Below, piece by piece: positions 1-8,109 of a stretch of 25,000 nucleotides of DNA. The position numbers and the translations under genes are program-made. Numbering within the stretch: the stretch's first letter is position 1; the number at the start of each line of letters is the position of its first letter. The notes beneath the pieces are model-generated. The model had not been told where the DNA came from. It saw only the letters and a list, made by a program, of their open reading frames with translations, and searched no databases. Origin of the DNA: a virus (Duplodnaviria; Caudoviricetes); IMG/VR virus record IMGVR_UViG_3300038675_000977, positions 1 through 25,000 of that record. One strand, given 5' to 3'.

Positions 1-63
1 CGGTTGTCAGAAAAAGTAAAAGGGTATGGAGCTAAAAAAAATATCTGTTTATATTATAACCGC

Positions 64-106
64 AAATTCATTTTGTACACAAATCTAAAACAATTTGTAC
101 AAAAAT
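64..106. repeat. Tandem imperfect direct repeats, candidate transposase-binding sites at the prophage end
   Basis: CATTTTGTACACAAAT (69-84) and CAATTTGTACAAAAAT (91-106), 14/16 identical with a 22-bp period, directly after the stop of the last phage gene. Confidence 0.55.
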
Positions 107-107
107 T

Positions 108-884
108 TCAGTAGTTCATCACAATTACCTCTGTTTGCTTGCGGCGGCTTGTTTTTGAGGCCGAGATAGTGCGCTCTACTTCCACCTGGCGCCAGCCATA
201 CTGCAGCACGTATTCGTTCAGCACCGCGTGAGGGAACATGGTCAGCATGAATTTTCCCTTAACGGTTGAAAGCAGTTGTAGCAGCTCCTCAAAGTCCTGC
301 AGGTTAAATGTGCCCGAATAATGTCCGCAGTCGCTGTTGATGTAGGGCGGATCGACAAAGTGAAACGTCTCCTCCGTATCGCGGCTGGCGATGATGCGCA
401 GCGCCCCGGTGCATTCAATCTGTGTGTTTTCAATGCGCTTCGAAAGGTCTTCCGTAAACAACTCTTTAGCCCCGCCCAGCTTTTTGGCTATCGAATTGCT
501 GGTTTTGTCGTACCCAAAAGTGCCGTCGAGCTTGCTGGCAAAGCCCATTTTACTTTTTACCCACAGCGCCCAGGCACGGGTCACCGGGTCGAAAAACTGC
601 GGGAAATCGTAAACCACGCAGGCAAAATCGAACATTTCGCGGCTGTGTAGCGTGTTTTTAATCATCGCTTTAAGCTCGTTAAAACGGCTTTTAAGCACCC
701 TGTAAAAGTTGATTAAATTGCCGTTAATGTCGTTCAGTACTTCAACGGCTGCCGGTTCTTTTGCCCAGTAGAGCGCTGCCCCGCCGGCAAAGCTTTCGGT
801 GTAAACCACATGCGGTGGAACAAGCGGCAAAATGTGCTTCAACATGGTTTGTTTCCCTCCGTAATAACTCACAGGCGTTTTCAT
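108..884 (-). CDS. DNA adenine methyltransferase, Dam-like (D12 class N6-adenine MTase)
   Basis: N-terminal YYGGKQ, SAM-binding ESFAGGAA, EVLNDIN...NFY and catalytic DPPY. Start placed at MKTPVS (884), preceded by an A-rich stretch, not at 953. Confidence 0.93.
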   Translation of the reverse strand: MKTPVSYYGGKQTMLKHILPLVPPHVVYTESFAGGAALYWAKEPAAVEVLNDINGNLINFYRVLKSRFNELKAMIKNTLHSREMFDFACVVYDFPQFFDPVTRAWALWVKSKMGFASKLDGTFGYDKTSNSIAKKLGGAKELFTEDLSKRIENTQIECTGALRIIASRDTEETFHFVDPPYINSDCGHYSGTFNLQDFEELLQLLSTVKGKFMLTMFPHAVLNEYVLQYGWRQVEVERTISASKTSRRKQTEVIVMNY

Positions 885-900
885 TGTTTTATTTTTTTGA

Positions 901-1030
901 TAAATTTGCAATCTCACCACGTAAAAAATGCGGCCCGGTACAACAGAAGGCATATTGCCCCCGGTTGTGCGCCGAGCCGCATTTTTGTTCGTACGTGGTG
1001 AGATACTACGAACAGCCGGGGGCTACTTTT
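901..1030. ncRNA. Putative structured RNA (antisense sRNA or cis-switch) in the methylase leader
   Basis: Inverted repeats 911-923/992-1004, 924-934/976-986, 957-968/1012-1023 and 987-993/1007-1013. TAAATTTG (Bacteroidota -7 consensus TAnnTTTG) at 901-908 on the + strand. Confidence 0.6.
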
Positions 1031-1367
1031 CCCCGAAAAGCCGCCTCAAAAATCCTTTTTTCTTTTCGGCTACCTTAACGCTGTCGGGCGGGGTGGACAC
1101 GTCGAGGCGGTTGTCGATGTCGAGGGCAATGGTGCTGCCGTCTTTTGGCTTCATCTTTCCGAAATCGTTTTGAATGGCGTATTTCGGGTCTTTTGCGAGC
1201 GCTTCGATTAGCTGGTTCTGCTGTTCAACTAATTGCTGCATCATGCGGTTTTGGGCTTCATAAACTGGCCTCACGAATTTTGCCTGGTAAAACCAAAAGC
1301 CTACGGCCATCACCAGCGCGGTTCCAATTACCAGTACCCGGTTTTCCAATTGATTTGACCAGTTCAT
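1023..1367 (-). CDS. Single-TM plus coiled-coil membrane protein in the lysis cassette (spanin-like candidate)
   Basis: Hydrophobic VLVIGTALVMAVGFWFY then a Gln-rich helical segment. ATGA overlap with the upstream gene at 1364-1367. Confidence 0.55.
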   Translation of the reverse strand: MNWSNQLENRVLVIGTALVMAVGFWFYQAKFVRPVYEAQNRMMQQLVEQQNQLIEALAKDPKYAIQNDFGKMKPKDGSTIALDIDNRLDVSTPPDSVKVAEKKKGFLRRLFGEK

Positions 1368-1579
1368 CCCTTCCCTCCTTTTGCCTGTTCGCGCCACCAG
1401 GCGGTGTAATACATATAGAAGGCCAGAACGAAGGTGCAGGTGGCCACACCGCCACGCATGTCGGTAAACAGTTCGGCCAGCGACACCACCACGAAGAACA
1501 ACAACAGCCCGGTATTTCCCACGCTGGATTTGAGCACCAGGGCGTAATAGCGCCCGAAAAATTTCATCATGCTTTTCAT
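1364..1579 (-). CDS. Small two-TM membrane protein (holin/antiholin-like)
   Basis: 71 aa from MKSMMKFF with two hydrophobic segments; starts directly after the endolysin stop. Confidence 0.55.
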   Translation of the reverse strand: MKSMMKFFGRYYALVLKSSVGNTGLLLFFVVVSLAELFTDMRGGVATCTFVLAFYMYYTAWWREQAKGGKG

Positions 1580-1580
1580 A

Positions 1581-2207
1581 TCATTTATTTTTTTGTGAAT
1601 AATTCCCGTACAATTCAACAAATTCGTGTGGCGTGACGCAGTAATCGGCAAGGGCGGCGATGCTCTTTTTGCTGCGTATTTTGCGGTACACGCCGTCGCC
1701 TTCGCGCGAACCCGCGCCGTTGGTGTTGCCCTCGATGGTGTAGTAGTTGTTGGCATCTTCGCCTACTATCAGGAAAATATGGCCCAGCCGCCCGAGGTTC
1801 TGATAATAGAGCGCCCCCACCATTCCGGGGCGGGCTTCCACATGCCGGGCGCCGAATTCGCGTTTCCAAACCACGTTTGTTTTGAACCAATCGACCACCC
1901 GCGCCGAGCGCGGGGCGGGAACATCGGCTTTCTGGTGAATGTAGGCCTGGAATGCCGCGCACCACGGGTAACCTTCATCCAGACCGGTTACACGCAGATA
2001 GCGGCGCACCCACACGCCGTCGTTGCCGCCGGTGGCCTCGCGCACGTTCAGGTGCTTTTCGGCCTCGGCTATGAGGTTGGCGCTGGCTGCTTCGCGTATC
2101 TTTTCGGCTCTTACAGGCCGTTGAGAATGAGCGCGAAAACAAACAGAAAGGCTGAGAACAAGGCAGAGGCATAGATAAGCCGCTGCTTTCCGCTTAATTC
2201 GTACCAT
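1581..2207 (-). CDS. CHAP-type peptidoglycan hydrolase (endolysin) with N-terminal signal peptide
   Basis: YPWCAAF (catalytic Cys), GHIFLIV (His) and TIEGNT motifs. Basic then hydrophobic N-terminus ending AHS-Q. Confidence 0.85.
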   Translation of the reverse strand: MVRIKRKAAAYLCLCLVLSLSVCFRAHSQRPVRAEKIREAASANLIAEAEKHLNVREATGGNDGVWVRRYLRVTGLDEGYPWCAAFQAYIHQKADVPAPRSARVVDWFKTNVVWKREFGARHVEARPGMVGALYYQNLGRLGHIFLIVGEDANNYYTIEGNTNGAGSREGDGVYRKIRSKKSIAALADYCVTPHEFVELYGNYSQKNK

Positions 2208-2443
2208 GCTGATTTTGCATTATTGAATGACAAATCGAAATACCGGTACATCACCGGAAACATAAACAGGAACACTATCCTGACAAACCCCAGGGCTACA
2301 AGGAACAGCAGGAAGGCGACGAACACCTTGCCAAACATTTCCCACGTGAAGGTGTACAGGCCGAGCCATCCGGCCACGGCATTGTAGGCTACCAGCAGCG
2401 CCACGGCCACCGGTATAGTAATCAATTCGAAATACTTTTTCAT
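2111..2443 (-). CDS. Holin-like protein with three TM segments
   Basis: 110 aa, three long hydrophobic stretches, immediately upstream of and overlapping the endolysin. Confidence 0.6.
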   Translation of the reverse strand: MKKYFELITIPVAVALLVAYNAVAGWLGLYTFTWEMFGKVFVAFLLFLVALGFVRIVFLFMFPVMYRYFDLSFNNAKSAWYELSGKQRLIYASALFSAFLFVFALILNGL

Positions 2444-2447
2444 TTTT

Positions 2448-2801
2448 CTATCCTTTTATGAAAATTTGTAATACTCCCACAATCAACCCGGCAATGCCGC
2501 CGGATATGCCGCCAATTAACAGCAGAAATTTCACCACGGCTTTCCGCGACAATTCCTTTTCTTCGAGCGACTTTACCCGCCCGATGACCGGGCAGTTGAC
2601 CACATGCAGTAATTCTTCCCTTTTCACGGTTTCCATCTCATTTTCGAGCGAGGTTACCCGCCCGTTTGTTTTGGTGGTTTGTTCCTTAATCTGAATTAAG
2701 TTGGTGTGAATTACGTTAAACCGGCCTTTCATTTCCTCGGTATGTCCCGAAAGAATGTCGGTGAGCATTTGCCTGATTTCGGCACGATCTGTTGTCGTCA
2801 T
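2448..2801 (-). CDS. Coiled-coil protein with C-terminal TM anchor (XhlA-like architecture, lysis module)
   Basis: Helical N-terminus with TTKTNGRV and C-terminal FLLLIGGISGGIAGLIVGVL; first gene of the lysis cluster. Confidence 0.55.
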   Translation of the reverse strand: MTTTDRAEIRQMLTDILSGHTEEMKGRFNVIHTNLIQIKEQTTKTNGRVTSLENEMETVKREELLHVVNCPVIGRVKSLEEKELSRKAVVKFLLLIGGISGGIAGLIVGVLQIFIKG

Positions 2802-2838
2802 CTTCTATTCGTTTTATCGGTTCACTGAACCGGGTTCG

Positions 2839-3087
2839 TTAATAATTTTCCTTACACACCATCAGTGCTGCATTAATGCGGCTCAACCTCCTTTTGCCGG
2901 GTTCGTCCGCTTGTTCATATTGCTGAACAATCTGCTGCATTTCGGCGGTTTGCAGTTTGCGTATTACCTCAATGGCCTTTTGCAGCCCCGACCCGTACAA
3001 ACACAAATCGTACAGCGGTATTTTCTCCCGGTCGCCCTCGGGCTTCTGGTAGCGCTGAAGTATTCGTATAATGCGGTCGGTTTCCAT
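2839..3087 (-). CDS. Hypothetical protein (82 aa)
   Basis: ATG at 3087 (METDRII) follows the stop of the upstream mini-ORF; helical composition. Confidence 0.55.
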   Translation of the reverse strand: METDRIIRILQRYQKPEGDREKIPLYDLCLYGSGLQKAIEVIRKLQTAEMQQIVQQYEQADEPGKRRLSRINAALMVCKENY

Positions 3088-3089
3088 GG

Positions 3090-3209
3090 TTACCAGTTTA
3101 TGTAAGCTAATCCGTTTCCTGAGTTGTATAATTCGGTAACTTCTGAGGCTGAAAGCGCTTTTCCCCACAGGCACGCCCACCGCTCGCGTAATGTTAATTT
3201 TGCTTCCAT
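3090..3209 (-). pseudogene. 39-aa mini-ORF resembling the C-terminal end of a LamG/ConA-like domain (tail-gene relic)
   Basis: Manual translation MEAKLTLRERWACLWGKALSASEVTELYNSGNGLAYINW. The W..ALS..EV..LYNSG pattern is typical of LamG domain ends. Not in the ORF track. Confidence 0.55.
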
Positions 3210-3220
3210 TTTATTTCAAT

Positions 3221-3254
3221 TTATTATTTTTATCAACTTATTATTTTTATCAAC
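3221..3254. repeat. Perfect 17-bp tandem duplication
   Basis: TTATTATTTTTATCAAC at 3221-3237 and 3238-3254. Confidence 0.9.
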
Positions 3255-3331
3255 CTCAGAAACCCGTCTATCAGGGTTTGTGCTTCGAGCCGTAATGTTG
3301 TAGCCTGTATCATTTCGTTTTCATTCTTTAA

Positions 3332-4876
3332 TTAAGCTCCTAAAACTGTCCAGCCTTTTGCCTGCGCTATAGAAGGAGTACAGGAGGAAAATCCAGGATT
3401 ATAGTTAACTCTTATTTGTTGACCATCAGAAACAACAGGTAGTAATCCGAAAATTCTGTCAATTTCACTCGAACTCATATTTCCATCCAAAATAATTCGA
3501 GGGTTATTCTGGCTTATGTAAGTAGAATTTGCCCAATCAATATCGACTGATTCAAGTTTTCCACCTACAGCCCCAAGCTGAACAGATTCCGCCCGAAGAC
3601 CAGGACAATTAACTGTTTTCAAAACAATAGATTGACATCTGAATAGAGTGACCGGCGTATTTGTCAAACATGTGCCTGAAATCTTTTCAATACTATTGAA
3701 TGTACCCGGTTGAATAGCGTTTGAACTTGATAAAATTTCTGGCAATATCAATTCTTTAAATTTCAAACTGCCTGATGATAATTCTGGAACAACACAAATA
3801 TTAATTCCACTTGCCGAATTCCACATTTTTAAATATTCTAACGATGGAGTTGTTGTTGCAACTGTTGGTGGACTCTGATAAACATTAATATCGCCTCTAA
3901 GTGTCACCTCCTTTAATTTTATACAACCAACAATCGCATTATTAAAACTTAATGATGATGTTTTCAATTTAAAATTAGGAGAGATAAACTTCTCAACATT
4001 TGGGCTATTTTGTAAAAACCCAGTCGATACAACAACGGCTGAGTTTTCTTCCACATCAAAATCACAAACAATTTCTTTCGCAAGCCCTACTGTATTCATC
4101 ATGTTTGTAAACACTGTGCATTTAGGCACATACATTTTCATATTTACATATCTTAAATATTGAGTAGTATGTATAAAACTTTGCAATGAAGTTACTTTAG
4201 GCAACAAACAATTGTTCATGTTTAAAGTTTTTATTCCGGCTCCAAAAAACATATAAGCAAGAGTTGTTGCTTCAGCCATGCTTTCAGGAAATACAAACGA
4301 ACCAACATCTGTGTAAGAAAAGGAATAAGAGCAATTTGTAACAACATCTAATGTGCTCAAAAATTTACATGCTTTTAGAAATCTTACATTTCGAAACATA
4401 TCCTGCATCGAAGCGAGATGCGGAGTATTAAACGAAGCAGATAAAATTGGATAATTAACCTCGTAACCACTGAACATGTTTCTCTTAAATGCTGTTATAT
4501 TTTGACCGGATTGTGGAAATATTCTTACAATAAAATATTCAAGATTTATGCCCGGAAAAGAATAATCAAACAATCCGTTTGAAGCTAAATTCTGTGAATA
4601 TATGATGTTATTATTTGAATTATATATTTCAACGACGTGGTCTCCTTTAACATTGAATCGAATTCTTCCAAGTCCTTCGTTTGAACACAGAAGGACAATT
4701 TCATCTGTTCCCGGCTCAGGTACTGTTATCGGTTCAACAAACGTTCCATCATCTATTTTTTCATACCCCGCAGCAGGGCAAATCAGTTCCGGTGTATAAC
4801 CCACTGCGGGGCAAACAATGTCCATCAACTCCTGATCAAATTTCAGTTTTCCTACCTGTATATAATGACTTCCCAT
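3332..4876 (-). CDS. AT-rich putative receptor-binding/tail-associated protein with BspA/DUF285-like leucine-rich repeats
   Basis: Repeats such as LASMQDMFRNV, ATTLAYMFFGA and CTVFTNMMN; C-terminal IAQAKGWTV; lies at the end of the tail module; visibly lower GC than its neighbours. Confidence 0.6.
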   Translation of the reverse strand: MGSHYIQVGKLKFDQELMDIVCPAVGYTPELICPAAGYEKIDDGTFVEPITVPEPGTDEIVLLCSNEGLGRIRFNVKGDHVVEIYNSNNNIIYSQNLASNGLFDYSFPGINLEYFIVRIFPQSGQNITAFKRNMFSGYEVNYPILSASFNTPHLASMQDMFRNVRFLKACKFLSTLDVVTNCSYSFSYTDVGSFVFPESMAEATTLAYMFFGAGIKTLNMNNCLLPKVTSLQSFIHTTQYLRYVNMKMYVPKCTVFTNMMNTVGLAKEIVCDFDVEENSAVVVSTGFLQNSPNVEKFISPNFKLKTSSLSFNNAIVGCIKLKEVTLRGDINVYQSPPTVATTTPSLEYLKMWNSASGINICVVPELSSGSLKFKELILPEILSSSNAIQPGTFNSIEKISGTCLTNTPVTLFRCQSIVLKTVNCPGLRAESVQLGAVGGKLESVDIDWANSTYISQNNPRIILDGNMSSSEIDRIFGLLPVVSDGQQIRVNYNPGFSSCTPSIAQAKGWTVLGA

Positions 4877-4878
4877 AA

Positions 4879-4994
4879 GGCCTCCCCAACCCTCCCACGG
4901 AAGGGCTTTATTTTTAGTTAATATTTAAAATTTTACTTCTCATTTTTATTTTTTCCCTCTCTTTTCCTCCCCTTCGGGGAGGTCAGGAGGGGCT
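4879..4994. repeat. Inverted pair of REP-like GC-rich palindromes around an AT-rich spacer
   Basis: GGCCTCCCCAACCCTCCCACGGAAGGGCTT (4879-4908) and CCTCCCCTTCGGGGAGGTCAGGAGGGGCT (4966-4994); the reverse complement of the second resembles the first. Confidence 0.55.
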
Positions 4995-5725
4995 TATACA
5001 TATTCGCCGTAGAGCGAGACCAGGCCCGCGGCGGTGGCGGTAATGGTTAATTTCGTGTAGCGCGGCAAAGTGGTGTTCAGGGCAATGTCTAATGTGGCGT
5101 CGCTGGTTTCGCTCACCTGCGAGGTGAATTTCATGTCGTAAGGCACGTTGTACACAAACTCGTCGCCGGCCTCTTCAAAATCGAGGTGCAACTCCGGTAA
5201 ATCAGCACCAGTTCCGCCGCCGCCATCTTCACCATCGTCGCCTAAGTACTTCACCCATGTTGCCCCGGTAAAATCACCGGACACAGGCGGCGTAAGCGGA
5301 GCGGTAACGTGTATTTCAGCACGGTATTTCAGCAAATCCGTTGGCGTAAGCGAAAAACCTGTCCCAGCATTATCCGTGGCATAGGCCACGTACACGTAAG
5401 CATCAGCGCCATCGGCTCCGGGTGTTCCAGGTGCGCCATCTTCGCCATCGGCTCCTGCGGGGCCGGTTGCGCCGGTTGCGCCAGGTTCTCCCTGCGGGCC
5501 TTGCGGACCGGTGAGGGTTGAAAGCGCCACGAGGTTTGTCCAGCTTTCGTCGCCCACGTAGCGCCAAACAATGTAGCCGCCCGAGGTGCTGAGTTCCACT
5601 TCGCGGCCATCGTCGCCGTCGAGCACCGTTACCCAGGTGTTGTCTTTTCGGGCGTATTTGCTGCCATCGGCGGGCGCATCGGAAAATGGTTTCACATTTC
5701 CCCAAAGCATACTGGCATGTCTCAT
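4994..5725 (-). CDS. Collagen-like tail fibre protein
   Basis: Gly-X-Y run GPQGPQGEPGATGATGPAGADGEDGAPGTPGADG; DAPADGSKYARKDNTW and DGREVEL...YIVWRY fibre motifs; ATGA-coupled to the hub gene. Confidence 0.8.
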   Translation of the reverse strand: MRHASMLWGNVKPFSDAPADGSKYARKDNTWVTVLDGDDGREVELSTSGGYIVWRYVGDESWTNLVALSTLTGPQGPQGEPGATGATGPAGADGEDGAPGTPGADGADAYVYVAYATDNAGTGFSLTPTDLLKYRAEIHVTAPLTPPVSGDFTGATWVKYLGDDGEDGGGGTGADLPELHLDFEEAGDEFVYNVPYDMKFTSQVSETSDATLDIALNTTLPRYTKLTITATAAGLVSLYGEYV

Positions 5726-8109
5726 ATTGCGTCCTCCTCTCCTGCTGAAATGTTACCTAATTTGTACCACAAATAACCTGTGGCCGTTTCGTTCACGTAA
5801 TCCACCTTCACCTCCTGGTGCGTGGGCAGCGCGACAATGGTGCAGGCGGTGCTTTCGGCGGTCATGTCGAGCTTCGCGTAGATGAAATACCCGTCTTTTG
5901 TGGGCAGTTCAATGGTGGTGGCGGCAATATTCCATGTGCGGGTTGGGTCGTACACTTCATCGTTGCTGCGCAGGTTGTCGATGGCGGCGCGCTGCATGGT
6001 GTAAGGCCTCCAGTTGGTGATTGAAATTGTGCCGGCGGTGACGGAAATTTTGTCTTCATCGCCGTCAACATTGCATTCAACCAGCGCACCTTTCAGAAAG
6101 AATTGCGGTACTCCGGCATCGTAGGCCAGCATGCGCGGGTCGATGCTTTCGGAGCGGACGAGCAGGTCGGCGCGCAGCTTTTCATCTTTCGGGTCGATAA
6201 TCTTGTTTTCCACTTCTTTCACCGACACGGTGCTGCGGCGCTGGTCGGCCACATCGGAAATGGCTACCTTCTCGACCACCGTTTCCACCTGTTTTACCCG
6301 TTTTTCAAGCAGTTGCCGGTTACTGATGCGCACCATGTCGCTCAGGAAGATGGTTCCGGCGCCGGTGTAAAGGTTGCGGGTGATTTCGGTTACACGCAGC
6401 AGTTCGTTCACAAAGTCGGCGTCGGTCACCTGCACACGGTCGCCGGCGCGAAGCGTGGCAGCAAAGCCGGGCTCGGTTTCTACTGAAAAAGTTGTTTTGG
6501 GCGAATACCAGTAATCGAGGTACTCCTGAGCACGGGCGGCCAGGCGCGTTTCGGCGTCGTCGATGTAGCTCTGCGGCAGGTTGATGTCGATGAGCACATA
6601 CTCGTCGCCCGCCTGCGGATAGAGCGTGGCGTTGGGATAACGCACATCGTTCACCTCGGTGAGCGGTATCAGCGAAAAGGTTTTGGTGGCATGGTTGTAT
6701 TTTTCAATTTCGAATTCGAACCCGGCGAGGTCGCCGCTGTTGAAATGAATTTTTGGCGAAGTTCCGGGAATGAGGTAAACCGTTCCGAATTCGTCGGATT
6801 CATTCAGGTCGAAAGGCATGAGCGAATCTTCCACCTCGAATTTCTCGCGTTCGGGGTACACGTCGGGGTCGTCGCTGGGCGTGTAGGTGTAGCCGCTCAC
6901 GGTTCCGGTGCGTTCGGGGAAAATGTCGTCCCAAACTTTGGTGGCCTCGCGTATAACCGAATAGAACGGTTTTACCAGGGGTTGCGTGGCCGGTTGCAGG
7001 CGGTTGCAGCCGTAGGTTGACGGCAGGTTTTTTTCCGCGCCGTAGGCATACAGGTGGGTCATCATCTTGTCGCGGGTGGTCGAAATGCGGTTAATGGTGT
7101 ACATGCCGTTTCCCTTGCCGTAGCCGAGCGACAGGCTGGTTTCCACGCCCACCTTTTCCACCACATTGATATAGATAACCCCTTCGGCGACGTGATAATT
7201 CCATTCCAACTCGTAATCTTCGGCAATGCGGGTAAGCACATCGAAACAGCTTTCGTTGCTGAACTGGTGGTTTTTGAAAATAGTACTTTCCACGGTTCCT
7301 GCGGCAAACAGGCCGGGAAACTGCCGTCCGGCATTTGCCACCACGGCGTCAACAATGCCCTGCATGGTGGTGTGCAGGTAGGTTTCGGCGTAGCCGTTCA
7401 GGCGGAACTGAATGTCTTTCAGCTTAAAAAATTCGTGCTGAAAGGTGAGGCGGAAGATGAACTTGTTGCTGCCGTATTTTTTCCGTTCGGGGTACTCAAA
7501 CGAGATGTACTTTTCACTGCCGAGCATGATGTAGTCGTCGCGTCCAAGGGCGTTGTTGGTGGTGGCTTCCAGGTCGAAAGTCACCTGGTCGTCGCCCATG
7601 AGGCGCTGGCTGAGTTTGGCGTCTTTACGGAAGTTGTACACGCCGCGCACCCCGCCCAGGGTGTCGTAAATGGTAATGGGCAGGCTTTCGTCGTCGCCGG
7701 GCACGGTGAGGGTGAGGCTGAAAAATCCCACCTGGAGGGCGCTGAGGTACGACGATTTACGTGCGATTTCAACGGGGCGCTGCACAAATACGTCGGCAAT
7801 GGCGGTGGCGTTGTATTTCAGGGCGCGAAGCCCCGGCGCCGTAATGGCGTCGTAGAAATTGGCCACGGCAGCGCAAAAATTCTCGTAACCGGTAAAATCG
7901 TCATCGGCACGGGCGGCAATCCAGCAATGCAAAACAATGTCGCGCTCGCGGTAGCGGGCTTCGCTGTCGGCCTGCCAGTAGTCGGGGCCGTCGGCATCGG
8001 GCCAGTCGTGCGGCTCAATGGCCAGCCGGGGCATGTCGAGCAGCCCGGCCACGCGGCGGACGCCCACGCCGTAGGTTTTCAAATCAATATTGTCAAGATA
8101 CCAGCTCAT
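5722..8109 (-). CDS. Tail tip/hub protein (prophage tail endopeptidase-like) with N-terminal distal-tail-like domain
   Basis: Hub motifs LGYGKGNGMYTINR, THLYAYGAEKNLP, DDIFPERTGTV, FNSGDLAGFEF and LIDINLPQSYIDDAE; lies downstream of the tape measure. Confidence 0.8.
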   Translation of the reverse strand: MSWYLDNIDLKTYGVGVRRVAGLLDMPRLAIEPHDWPDADGPDYWQADSEARYRERDIVLHCWIAARADDDFTGYENFCAAVANFYDAITAPGLRALKYNATAIADVFVQRPVEIARKSSYLSALQVGFFSLTLTVPGDDESLPITIYDTLGGVRGVYNFRKDAKLSQRLMGDDQVTFDLEATTNNALGRDDYIMLGSEKYISFEYPERKKYGSNKFIFRLTFQHEFFKLKDIQFRLNGYAETYLHTTMQGIVDAVVANAGRQFPGLFAAGTVESTIFKNHQFSNESCFDVLTRIAEDYELEWNYHVAEGVIYINVVEKVGVETSLSLGYGKGNGMYTINRISTTRDKMMTHLYAYGAEKNLPSTYGCNRLQPATQPLVKPFYSVIREATKVWDDIFPERTGTVSGYTYTPSDDPDVYPEREKFEVEDSLMPFDLNESDEFGTVYLIPGTSPKIHFNSGDLAGFEFEIEKYNHATKTFSLIPLTEVNDVRYPNATLYPQAGDEYVLIDINLPQSYIDDAETRLAARAQEYLDYWYSPKTTFSVETEPGFAATLRAGDRVQVTDADFVNELLRVTEITRNLYTGAGTIFLSDMVRISNRQLLEKRVKQVETVVEKVAISDVADQRRSTVSVKEVENKIIDPKDEKLRADLLVRSESIDPRMLAYDAGVPQFFLKGALVECNVDGDEDKISVTAGTISITNWRPYTMQRAAIDNLRSNDEVYDPTRTWNIAATTIELPTKDGYFIYAKLDMTAESTACTIVALPTHQEVKVDYVNETATGYLWYKLGNISAGEEDAI

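Noticed and set aside
885-953. N-terminal extensions given by the ORF track for the methylase (also 16176-16322, 19067-19111, 18211-18297, 3088-3180)
   Set aside because: They run through structured or intergenic DNA or other genes; downstream ATGs have better context and match family N-termini.
2818-2832. Palindrome CGGTTCA-C-TGAACCG before the lysis cassette
   Set aside because: Single short occurrence with no U-tract and no second copy; cannot be distinguished from chance.
3332-5725. Possible diversity-generating retroelement or invertible tail-fibre cassette
   Set aside because: No reverse transcriptase, no TR/VR pair differing at adenines, and no invertase or flanking inverted crossover sites were seen in this window.
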